DNA of 64,000 nucleotides, taken from NCBI GenBank assembly GCA_002633005.1, contig NMRA01000028.1:796986-860985 (forward strand), read 5' to 3'. The stretch is from Phoronis australis. Lineage: Eukaryota; Animalia; Phoronida. The notes below the pieces were generated by a model. The model worked only from the letters and a program-made list of their open reading frames with translations, had not been told where the DNA came from and did no database searches. The position numbers were made by a program, and so were the translations under genes. Of the stretch, positions 37,529 to 49,368 are shown piece by piece. The number at the start of each line of letters is the position of its first letter. Within the stretch, counting starts at the first letter, position 1.

Positions 37529-38281
37529 CTTTTACTAAAACTGACACGAAAAAGGTTGCCTTCTCCGTAAACAAAAAGTGCGACGTAATGTCCGTTCTTC
37601 CTTAGCCATGTGATGCGAAACCGGACTTGTGAATCACTTCCAGCAACTATAAGCTGTTACAATGCTTGGTTCAATAACCTGTTATCTTTACCAAACGCTA
37701 GCTGTAACTGCTGAATTTATAGCCGTTAACAACTGAAACTTTAACTCAACTCAGCTTACACTAATATAACCCGTACCTTGGCATTTGCAGGTTCTTACAA
37801 TGTTCTGGAAGGGTAAACAAACATTCTGGAAATTTCCACCAGTAAACAAACCCAGAATTTGGACATGTGACTTCTTTAATCATAAACAAGGGTCTAGAAT
37901 CTTCCAGGTTACGGTTCTATTTTCTGATTATAGGCCTACTTTGGTCGCACTCAGTAGTTTTTCCGCGTTTGAATTTGCCTGTCCAAATTTCATTAAAAAT
38001 TGGCGCCTGCTGGGTTGGGGCTGGCCATTTTGAGTTCTGTGCTTCTTGTGAAAGCCACGAATGACTTATGATTTTTAATCTCTTCTGAGTGATAGTGAGC
38101 AGTTGACCTCTTGATCCACTTTCTGTTCAGCCGTGGCTTTTCTTAAACCTTTATTGTCTCCTGCACAGAACCTCTGGAGTCGCCTCACGCGAGAGACTAC
38201 CTGTCATGTCCGAGTGTGACTGACTCCCTGGGAAACAGGCTAAACCTTTACGGCTTCCAAGCGGGAAGTTTGAAATTTTGC

Positions 38282-38590
38282 TGGAAATTCAGGTACCTTT
38301 CAGACACGTTGGACTGTGAAAAATTCTGACTCAGGTCGACAGGCACTTTTCACCTATTGTCATAGGAGAGTTTTGGCAGCCTCAATGCACTCTCAGTTCG
38401 TAGTAATCTCATGCAAATAGTGAATTGAATACTGCTGATTTGGCATATTTTTGCACGTGTTTTCAAGTGGCCGGCTACACTTGTCTGGACGTAGTCGTTA
38501 AATATGGAACAATTGAATTTGGAACCAATTTCAATAGACTTTGTTTAAGTTTTTTGAAGTCTTTGGCCCAGTATACTGTTCATATTTTCA
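38282..38590 (+). repeat. Dispersed repeat, copy 1
   Basis: ggaaattcaggtacc...tctttggcccagtatactgttcatattttca shared with 41989-42295. Confidence 0.75.
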
Positions 38591-41500
38591 CTAGGTTTTA
38601 TCCATCCTAAATGTGGAACAGACTGTTGTGTGCTATTTGATGTGACATTCTTCTGGAATGACATCTAGTTTTCTATTGTAAACATGTTACGACATCAGTA
38701 GCCTCGAGTGGTACGCTCAGAGACTGTTGATTACCGAACACAGAAAAATCAATAAATAAGACTAGTTTGCTGAAGGTAATTTGCTATATTTAGTCAGACT
38801 CTACGTCACATGATTACATTCTAGATATGTGTTTTGATTGTTATTCTGCCAGACCATCACATGGATTTTATTTTTTTCCGTTACAGAGGGCTGGAACGCG
38901 AAAACTCATAAAAATACCTTTTAAACAGATCCTGACGAACCTACTGCTTCGGGGTGCTAACGTGAGAGTTATTCACTTTGAATAATGCAAGAATCTATAG
39001 AAAATGTCGTCAAATTCACTTTTGAAACACGGACGAAATATGAATTCATAAATTCTTTCATCCCTATGCAGTTTTCAAATTCTCGACCCCTAATAATCTA
39101 TGTACGCGCATGCACTTAAAGATTTACACAATAAACATCTCCCAACTGCATTATCGCCATTGTTTTGTTTACGTCAAAGGTCACATTTTTCATATACGGG
39201 AGATGTGCTACCTCTGTGTCTTTCCATACCATACAAGGAGACGTGTTTTACCTTGTGAGAGAAAAATCGACGAAGTGACGAGGATTTGACAGATCGTTTT
39301 TTCTTGAAATTTGAAACTAAAGGAAAAATGCTTTGACATCAACAGAAATTCAACATCTTAAGAACAGTTTCACTTCTGTTTTGATGGCAGAGAACCACTT
39401 TGAATAATGTTGTTTGCGTTCTTTGTCTTACGGAGTTCCATCCCCGTCATCACCGCTAGGACGCGCGGGTCTTGCTGAGACAAACGTCCATTTGAAAATT
39501 CAGTTGCAAAATGAGGTTTTGTGATAAACTTCTGTTCGTTCACAACATAAGCACATGAAGTGTAATCGTTGTAAGCATGAACGGCCTCTTCGCCTCAAAG
39601 TCTCGACCAAAGCAACGCCATCGAGTTCTTGTCCTTTGTATGAAGTGAAATTTTAAAATGTCTCCCGGCATTCCTCTGGCAACTGAAACTAGCCCTTCGT
39701 GCTAGGCAATTTTGCATGGTCTGCACGAACGAACACTTTCACGAGCCACGTTATCGAACTGTGGAAATACTAATTTAATTTATGACTCTCAAAACCTCTG
39801 AACGCGCTATTTGGTCAGGCAATACCTGGTCTCTCAGTACTTTTCAATTTAGTAAAGTAATTTGCACGACCACGTCGTATCATCAACATCAAGAGGAATT
39901 GGGAAATTAATACCCACAGCGTGCACGCTCGTATCACGCTGCTTTGTTTTGGCCACCACATACGCAATTTCATCACAGGTGCATGAGGGCATTATTAGGA
40001 TGTGCAGACACTCGTAGTAGGGCATTATTAGGATCTAGGAACCAGTAAGAGACTGGTTCCTTGTTAGAATGCACCGACAAATCTGACTAAGTCAGATTTT
40101 TTAAGGTGTTTAAACACCTTTGGTCGACACCACTTTCACTCCCCGTTCGCAAATCAATATAAAATCTACCTTGCAACACTTGCTTTATACACACACTGTA
40201 TTCATCTCACCACAAAAAATGAATTGATTGAATTTTTTTAAATTTCAACATCCTTATACTTTGGAAGAAAATTTTCTTTCAGTGAAACACGCTATAAATT
40301 CCCCCGCTTTCAGGCACTTAGACAAAACCAATGATATCATTTTATGGATTTTGCCTTGCATTCTGATGTCTGAACAATCCGGACGAGCCCATCTGCAAAG
40401 TTATTTTTATCTAAACATCTTGTGCTTGCATTTTGCAACGTACTAGTCAGGTAATAGACAAGAAGTTACTCAAGAAAATTAATGTTTATTTTCACACAGA
40501 CCATCCTTAACGATGTTATTAAAAAGCACAGCAATGACATTATGACAATTAATATCTTACATGTTACAAATTTAAACGTATGTTCTTACATTATAACAAT
40601 TCTAGTCCAGCAACTGGAGTAGACGTCAAATATTGAATGCAAAAAATGTTCATTTCCACCTGTTATCACCGGAACAATGGATTAGATAATGTTGGCTGAA
40701 CAGTTTTCAACTTTTTCATCATTTTGCGAGAATGGTGTTAGTTTTATATTTAATTATGCGGCATACAGAAGTAGGCAAAAATCAAATAATCTGAACATAC
40801 AGCAGAGCCTATGTTTTGTGACATGCTATATTTTCCAGACTGCATTGCTAATAGTCACAGTGCTGTAGTTTCCAGACTGCATTGCTAATAGTCACAATGC
40901 TGTAGTCCCCAGACTGCATTACCCTATATACAGTCACGTTGCCTCAAAAGTCAAAGAACTGTCAGCTAAGATCCCTTTAGCTCTCATGGAAGAGTACATT
41001 TATGTCTGCCAGACCATTCCGTCGAGTGTGGAAGATGTAGCTGTCCGCCGAATTCCTGCGCACACAATTGAGTGACATATTTCCAGAAGGGCATAAATTG
41101 TTAATATGTGATTTTTTGGGGCATCTCCTTGAGATAGTTGTTTTGTTTTTCATTTGCGAGCTTTCTTTTCTGAAACGTAACAGTTGCGTAGACATTGTTT
41201 CAATTCCGAGAAAGTCCAAGAAAAAAGGATATTGTCCTTCAAAAATATACGGCATAGCGTTTCGCCGATTGCTCAAAGTTACCGTTTGTAAAGTTCCATA
41301 GACATTGCAGTACATACTCTCAGTCAAGATATTTATTTCTTCTGGAACTTCATTCACTGTCGTCTGGCGAAGTCGTTGACTCTGTTTCAAATGTGACCGC
41401 CTCCGTCCCAAAATCATGAGTGATGACATCTTGGTGCGATTGTTGGCGCTAGTCCACAAGTTTCTTTCTTTGGTCGGTCGACTCAGCTATGCGCCAGCAA

Positions 41501-41988
41501 AATGCAACGTAGGAACAAAGGTTTCCCAAAAAGTTTTGTTATTCTAAATGCCGTGGGCTGTGGCTTCTCTCAAATGTTTGGAAATATTGAATACGTATAG
41601 CTTTTTATGAATGGAACATTCTTTATATACATTCACAAAAGAAATTAGTAACGAGTATGTGATGTCGAAGAGACCAATCAACGTTCACCATGCTCTTACG
41701 CTTGAAACAAGGCGCGGAATGTTTATTAGCAATTAGACAGTCATTGGTCGGCGTGCGGATTGGCATCTAGCTTTTCCGGTACGTCACATTATATAAGGTC
41801 TAAAGATTGCTTTCAATAGTTTTCACAAAAATGACATTGTTTGTTTTCTACAGTGTATTTGGTTTGAACTTTCCTTAAAACTGCGACATTGAGCAATAAA
41901 TTTTGGTTTCATTTTCACAAAGTTGATTTTAAGCATTTTCCTGAGGCACTCCATATCCTCTTTGTTACCCTGCCTACAGTTAAGCGAA

Positions 41989-42295
41989 GGAAATTCAGGT
42001 ACCCTTCAGACACTTTGGATTTTTAAAAATATCTGTCAGGTCGATACCTACTTTTCTCCAGATTTCTGTAATCTGGAGAGTTTAGACAGTCTGAATGGAC
42101 TGTCTCTCAGTTCGTACATAGTACTGGTGGTTTTTGTGTGAAAATGCTGATTTGGTGTAAGTTTGTTCATTTTTAAGTAGCCGGGTGCACTTGTGGTGGA
42201 CGTAAAAGATGATATGGCTTTTGAATCACTTTCAATGGTTTGAATGGGTGCAAGGTTTTTGAAATCTTTGGCCCAGTATACTGTTCATATTTTCA
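41989..42295 (+). repeat. Dispersed repeat, copy 2
   Basis: Diverged direct copy of 38282-38590. Confidence 0.75.
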
Positions 42296-42509
42296 GGTCT
42301 TGCGCACAAGGTGCGACACAGTGCGTGCAACATGGTGTTTCAGATGCCAAGACATATGTTTTTTCAAGCCTAAACCAACAAAAAACTATGGAGTGCAACC
42401 TAAATCCTCGGACTATTCGACTGCAGGAAAACTGACATGACCCCTTAAAAATTCGTGAGCTACCACCAATAAAGGTAGTTCCCTGTCACGCGATCCCATG
42501 ACTTGAATT

Positions 42510-43170
42510 TTCAAAAAAATATGCCGTAAATTTACTGCTTACACGTGGATATCCGGCTTCCTCCTTACTTACAAAGATGAATGGATTCTTGTTTCGTTAC
42601 AACGATTTCTCTCTCAGTGGGGGACTCATTAGTGGAGCTAATTACAAAAAACACGTTTCATAACAAGTTGGCTAAGAAATCGTTCAAGGTCATCTCCAAT
42701 CGGTGGAGGGAGGGCATTATAAGCATTATAGGCGCAGTCACAGTGTTCGCCCTGAACTTACAAACAGTGGCGTCCAGTGGACCCACCTTCCAAAATCTGG
42801 AGGGCGTATTTCAATTTGTTTGGGTCCAAGAAAACAATTTCAGAAATTATTACAGGCTAGTACAGAACCAGCTTCGTCCCCAAGCCTCAAGATGGCGTCG
42901 ATCGTTTTAGTTAAGGCTGAGAACGTCTTTGGCTAAAGGTGGCAATGAACAGCTGAGCTGAGGCCGCAGGCAATTTGCAGTTCCAAAATATTGAAATCTA
43001 AAACTAGGCAGACTTGGGGGCAGTTTTGAGGTAGGCGTTACGTTTAGGCTCATTGAATATGGTTTGTTTGTATTTGTGAACATGGTGAGAACGAGAAAAG
43101 ACCACTTGCTCGGTTGTAGCTGCACTTTTCTTCAGGATGGCGGCTCCCGGTTGCATTTGTGCATTGCTTG
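42510..43170 (-). mobile_element. Possible decayed 5' end/ORF1 of an L1/Tx1-like retrotransposon
   Basis: Broken-frame peptides AYNALPPPIGDDLERFLSQ and RNKNPFIFVSKEEAGYPRVSSKFTAYFF resemble Tx1-type ORF1 motifs. Confidence 0.35.
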
Positions 43171-45525
43171 GGTAGCAACTGCGAAATCAGGTGCGATTTC
43201 AGGTAGTCCTCAAAGAAGTCAGAATTGCAAAAAAAAACTGGTGTGTTGACAGTACTTTTGGACCAAATTTTTGGAATAGTTAGGAAATGTATTTTTTTGG
43301 CTTTATGTTGGCTATGTCGTGCATCGACAGGGAGGTGGTGGTTTTGGAGTAAAAATTGTCGATTTTCTGTTCTTCCCTGTTTTTCTTAAGCTACTTTGCT
43401 ATTCAGTGGAGAAAAGGCCACAAATGCCCAAGAGAGAATAAAGTTTCTGTGCTCATCAATGTGCCTTGTGATGTGAAATAACTGAAAATTTTTCATTCTC
43501 TGCATACAATTTTCGACAGAGTGAAGAAAGGGTGACTAGTCCATTGACGTGTGTTCTGATAGACAAAACCCAGTGAGAACTGTTGTGTGCTCCAAAACCA
43601 GAGATCGTAGAGATCAGTGCAATGTTGAGGCTTGGGGACGAGGCAGCATGGTACAGAACGACATAAAATACAAAAAAGAGGGTCTTTGTGTGTACTGCAA
43701 AAATGAGGCAAATCCGGGTATCAATGTTAAATACGCCAATAACTACTGAATAACGTTACGGATGACTCTCATTTCTTTAGGTTTATTTGTTTGGCATAAC
43801 GGTACCGACGATGAAAAAACGGACGTCACAAGCTCGTTCAGTCCCCGAGATAAAAAGGAGACCGAGAGCTGGCGAAATGAAAAAATGAACATGTCGTGAA
43901 CACATCCACTAAAACAAGAAACTGTAGGAACACCGCATTTATCCACCTTCACTCTTATCAGGCTTCTATTGTGAGTCAGCATGCGTGAATAATTGGCTGA
44001 TAAGCCACCTCTGGAACTACTTTGGGCTGAATGGATGACCAGGCCATAAAATGATAATTAGCCAAGACCAGTTACTATAATGCAACAAAGAACAAGTAAT
44101 AATGTCTTGCATCACCTAGCCTTGGTGGAAAGCTGTATACTGTATTGGCTCAAACAAACNNNNNNNNNNNNNNNNNNNNNNNNNNNNNNNNNNNNNNNNN
44201 NNNNNNNNNNNNNNNNNNNNNNNNNNNNNNNNNNNNNNNNNNNNNNNNNNNNNNNNNNNNNNNNNNNNNNNNNNNNNNNNNNNNNNNNNNNNNNNNNNNN
44301 NNNNNNNNNNNNNNNNNNNNNNNNNNNNNNNNNNNNNNNNNNNNNNNNNNNNNNNNNNNNNNNNNNNNNNNNNNNNNNNNNNNNNNNNNNNNNNNNNNNN
44401 NNNNNNNNNNNNNNNNNNNNNNNNNNNNCAGCTGATCATATCCGCATGAGCGAAGTCAATTATCCTCGCTCGTGACTCGATGAATAGAGCAGCTTGGCGG
44501 CATCCCTTTGAGCATGAGCCGAGTGCGTCTCAGCCAAGGTGGATAAATACGGTCTAGTTCAATTTTCCATACCCCGCCGTTTACCTTAAACACCGGGGTT
44601 AGAACCAATTTTATTTAGTGGGAATGTTCATAGCATGAAAAAAAAAACAGCGGTACAAAGTGTAAGAATGAAACATAATATGTAAATGATAACACAGACG
44701 GATAATAAACTACCAAAAGTACGAGGAGTTAGTGGGCGGGTGAGTAAAACTGAAGTCATTCTTAAGGACGCGTGGCAATCATAGGCCTGCAGGGGCCTTC
44801 GGTTGACAAAACTTATGACATCTGATAGAGTAGTCCAATAAGAAGGGTGGATCTAGACGTCGGTTAATTAAATGAACTAATGAAAGTAAACGATCAGTAT
44901 TTTGATGTCGTGGTGTAGTTGCTTTGTTATTTTTTTTTCGTCGTTGATTCAGTTAAATAGACTGGAAGTCCCGAGCACTTAGCAAAGATGAACGAGGTAC
45001 CAACATTTGATTATCGGATCAGCTTAGAGACCACCTCAGTTTGTACAGAAATGAATGTCTGCACTATATGTATGACCCACGGGGACCTTGTCAGGAGTCC
45101 AAACATTGAGCTAGATTACACATTGGAGGTACTGGCCAAAACTAATTTGAAATAAACAGTCGTGCCACAATGAACCCCGAATAACCCATGATGGATAAAC
45201 TGCCAGAAGCTCAAAAAGACACCCGCAAAATTGAGCAATTCACCTACGTCACTGGTCACTAAACAGCAAATGACAGACAGAATACGCTCTGCGGTTGGGG
45301 CCCCAATGGACCCAGAAGTAGTCGAGATAACTAAAAAACATTTCCATACTATTCAATGCATGCCACTTATCACTAGCACGTAACAGATAAGGGTAGGGCC
45401 CTTCAGAAAGCCATGAGCATTTCACTCACATAATGCTGTTGAAATTTTGAGTTAGATTAGATATTCGAAGTCAGGACCGAAATTGATTTACAGTGACAGG
45501 CGAGAAAAGTGATTTTCAAAAATCA

Positions 45526-45597
45526 GCACCAGCGTGGATTCGAACCGGGAATTTCCGCATTCGAAACCCAACCCTCAGCTTTGTTGACGAGCTAAAT
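45526..45597 (-). other. Degenerate tRNA-like sequence (SINE head or tRNA pseudogene)
   Basis: Minus strand TAGCTC A-box-like motif and GGTTCGAATCC B-box at tRNA-like spacing; no clean cloverleaf. Confidence 0.45.
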
Positions 45598-47049
45598 CGT
45601 ACTCGTATGACTGTCAGCATTTCAAGCAACTGATAAAGTCACCAGTGTTGGTTTCAATGAATGTCTGACAGACTTCGGGCAGAATTGATGATTTGTAACA
45701 GAATCGTAAAATACAATGGATTTTACTGTTTCATAGCTCTGGTCAAAGTTAATTACTTGAAAATATCTTTCCAGTGCAACAATAGTGCCTTTGAAGGGAC
45801 ATCGTCATGAATGCTATGAGGCCGGTTGACGAGCAGAAATTATCAGACTTATTCGTAAAGTGAGCTGTTATCCACCGGGTCTCGGCTAGTCGCTGATCAA
45901 CCGCACGTCCACCGCCGAGGGCACCCTTTGTGCGAAAAGTTTACCCATTTAGTGCTGTGGCCTACTTATACTGAACAATGTCATTGAGATGCCCACTTCA
46001 TGTGTCAGGGTTGAGATCACTGCACGAATCCCTGGTACGAATGGCGTCTTGGTATAACGAATCAAGGCACATCGTTCGCTGCCCCAATATTTACCAGGCT
46101 GCGTTCTGTAGACATAAAAAATTGTGAAAACGCAAGATCACGAAATTCTTTGAGAGTTATTGCCATGCACTGCAAGCAGAGCACGTGATCGCACCATAGC
46201 TTCACTCGCTAATGTGCAAGAAACGTCCCAGATGGGGACATAACTATTCCTTACTTTTCAACGTATTTATGAACGTGTGGAAACGCTGTTTTAACTTTCT
46301 AATGTTTATCTTCATCACCAAGTCATTGTTTAGCATTGATACACACCGAGACGATAAGTAGACAATGCGTCTAGTCACATGAAACACTAAGTACCAAACA
46401 CGGACTTCACCAAGTTCCTTAAATCTCCTGCGCATGTGTCTTTGTAAACATAATTTGCAAAATATTCAAAAGTCGTTATTAATTAGAAACACCAGTTTCC
46501 GACAACTGTCATTAACACATGACCTGTAATTTGCCAAAAACAGCGATCACAGCCCATGTAGCAACTACGGTGCAAGATGGCGACCCGGCAGAACGACTCA
46601 CGCTAGCTCCAAGTGAACTTAGCTTCAAAAATAAACATGCAAGTCTCTCTGAAGGACAATCAACAGTCTTGTCTGTAAAATGTAGTTCTTCGACGAAATG
46701 GGCCTTCATTCTATTGGGTAGACTAAATTTTCAGACCATTGGACCTCGGAAAATGGCGTTTCTGACGTATAGGTTTGGGGGCATTCTCCGAGCGGACAAG
46801 CAATCCTTTGAAAGACTTGGGGGCTGTGAAAACAATGAGCAGATTTCATTCGGGCTGCCACGTTTTGGATAAATGGGTAGTCAGAAAACAATTGGGCTGT
46901 AAACCTTTCATACGTCCCCGGGCTGTAGATCTGTCAGGCTTTGCCACACTCAGAGCGCAAGATTTTAATAAATCACCAAGACATATCACTCACAATCCCA
47001 GGCCGCTACGCGTTCGCCTCAGTCAAAAGGATTTAGATCCAACAGTAGG

Positions 47050-47130
47050 ATTCGACCCTCATTACAGTACACGTGTATTCGACCCTCATTACAGTACACG
47101 TGTATTCGACCCTCATTACAGTACACGTGT
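47050..47130. repeat. 27-bp perfect tandem repeat x3
   Basis: (attcgaccctcattacagtacacgtgt)3. Confidence 0.95.
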
Positions 47131-48388
47131 ATTTTGCGAAATGCAATTATCTTGGAGAGAACGTTACTGTAGCAAATGATTCATTACTGCATTTTGCAAA
47201 TTATGCTCACTGAATTTAGCCGGAATCCTATGATTCATATTTAAAACTACAATCCAATGGTAGCGTTAACAAGACCGCATGCATTGTCGTAGGAAGGGGG
47301 AAGGGGGAGGGGGGCACGACCCCAACCAATAACTTGCAGTTGTCAGGATTAAACGATGGCAGTTGAAAAATAGAGACAGCGAAACATGGAGAAGAAAAAA
47401 TCAAGCGACTATTTGTTAATTGCCAATGTACTCACAATATTCAAACGACAATAAATGCATTGTTTATTAACAAGATTACCGGTACAAACAAGTGATCAAT
47501 GGAAAAGGGATTATCTTTAAATCGAATTAAACGCATAGCTCATTAACATGGGGAGATTAATCGTCTTTGCACTTCCTTGATGTTTTTAGTTTCCAGTAGT
47601 ATTCTGCAATAAAGTTTCGTCTTCCAAAACTAAGTCGCTTGTTTGCTTTTCCAGGGCTTAAAGCTCACGCACCCACTTTCAAAACAAGGTGCAATCATAC
47701 GGTTACAGCCCACTACTTCGAAGGCCCACTACTCCGAAAAATACCATGCCTCCGCATTTGTTTCATTTTATCAAATTTTGTGATACGGTTTCTTTAAGTG
47801 AACTTCAAAGTAGATACGATACATGAGTCATTAACTACTAGAATAAGTATGTAACAGCTTGGACATTAGGGTCCTTGCGAAGTGGTCTATTCCCATAGTT
47901 GCCGTGTAATTCGCTAAAAGCGTAGGTCAAACTTGCTCGTTTAGCAGATTTTGAAAGGTGTTTTAAAAATTCTTCCCAGACTTTTGAGGGATGTCGAGGG
48001 TTACAGAGCAACATTTTGTTTCAGAGAATTGGATGGTAAAGTCGTTTTTAGTATCTGTTAATATGCCAACGTTAACAAGTCGACAGTGTAAGGGAAATAA
48101 CATGTGCACTGAACTGTTATTCCGCTATTGCAGACGAGGTTACTGCCAACACGATTAGTAGATACCAACTGCAACATTCCAGAGGAGTTGCTTGAATTTT
48201 GTTTTTGTAGTAAAAATGAAGTACACAAAAACAAATATCCCGAATCTGTAGGAAAAAACTTCACCGGTGCGTCCCGTAGTGGTTGAGCGGCAAGGAGTTA
48301 TGTTTACATTTCATGCAAGTAGGTATGCCGAGGAGTCATATTGGCTCTGATACATGCGCACAACAACAACTGTGCATGGTCATTGGTA

Positions 48389-49101
48389 TAGACCCAATTC
48401 ACACCGACAGGAGGCGCGTTCCAAAACGAGGCTCGTTACCATATCTCTGTTGGCTTATCGGCATACTGGTTGTATTGCGCGTTGCTCGAACGCCTAGAAA
48501 AAATACGGATACTCAACTGTCTGTTTCACAATCTCTGAGGACGTTGAGAATCGGAAGCGTTGGGCCGTTGTCATACGAGCGACGAAGGAAAATATGTCCG
48601 TGTAAAATTTATAAATGTTTTCGGAAAGTTAGATCATATTTTGTCGCCGGCATCTCGGTTGCCGAGCGTCATAGCAACGACCGGAGAATCTTCGGTCAGC
48701 CAGGCTGTGTTTTCATGACTACGAGTTCAAAGATGATGCATGTTTCTTTCCAAAAAAGACATGGCCCTCAATCCCTCGATTTTGGGGCTGAATATCAGCC
48801 CTAGTCCCCTCTCAAAAATATTGAAAAATTCCCCGAAATGCCCGGCCCCACGAGGCCTAAAAATTTCCATAGGGATAGAAAAGCTCTCTCCGAAGTTCAA
48901 ATCACCTGTAACCACACAAGTGACAATTTGAAAGAGCACAAAATGCTACTTGAGAGAGAGAGAGAGAGAGCCTATGAGAGCTTGCAACAGGGCGCCGAGG
49001 GGTGCTATTGATGATGATCTGGAGGTAGATTTTTCCGCTCACTTCGCTCGGCGAAAAAATTCCCCTATCTCAACTTTTCCCTTGGATGAACGAGGCCCCT
49101 G
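48389..49101 (+). mobile_element. Left arm of a ~700-bp inverted repeat pair (TAGACCC... terminus)
   Basis: Reverse-complement similarity to 53335-54333 over its full length; contains (GA)n at 48952-48971. Confidence 0.85.
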
Positions 49102-49368
49102 AAGCAGTGGTGGATCTAGGATATCACAAGGGGGCCAACATTTTGTCTGTCTGCAAGCATTTGCGCAAAGTGAACCACAATTGTAGATGCGCATAGCACC
49201 GAATGGGGGCAAACCCCCCACCCGCCCAGGAAATTTTTCTGTTTTTACCTCTAAAAATCAATGATTCCTGAAGTATTATCCAAGAAAAAAGGCAAAAAAA
49301 CGGAGAACGTGTCAAACAGGAAAAACCGCGACGTCGTGTTTCACAGCGAGTTTATTAATTGTCCAAAA

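Noticed and set aside
43520-43749. CVYC-containing peptide reminiscent of a piggyBac cysteine-rich tail
   Set aside because: Too short and degenerate; no TTAA/TIR boundaries identified
44080-44475. ORFs spanning 44160-44428 (similarly 17154-17279)
   Set aside because: Artefacts of N gaps
44600-45420. Possible degraded CR1/L2 3' end on the minus strand
   Set aside because: Only faint motifs (LYKLRW, PVYL); not supportable without a database search
48283-48804. 173-aa ORF
   Set aside because: Lies largely in the repeat arm and has no recognisable motif
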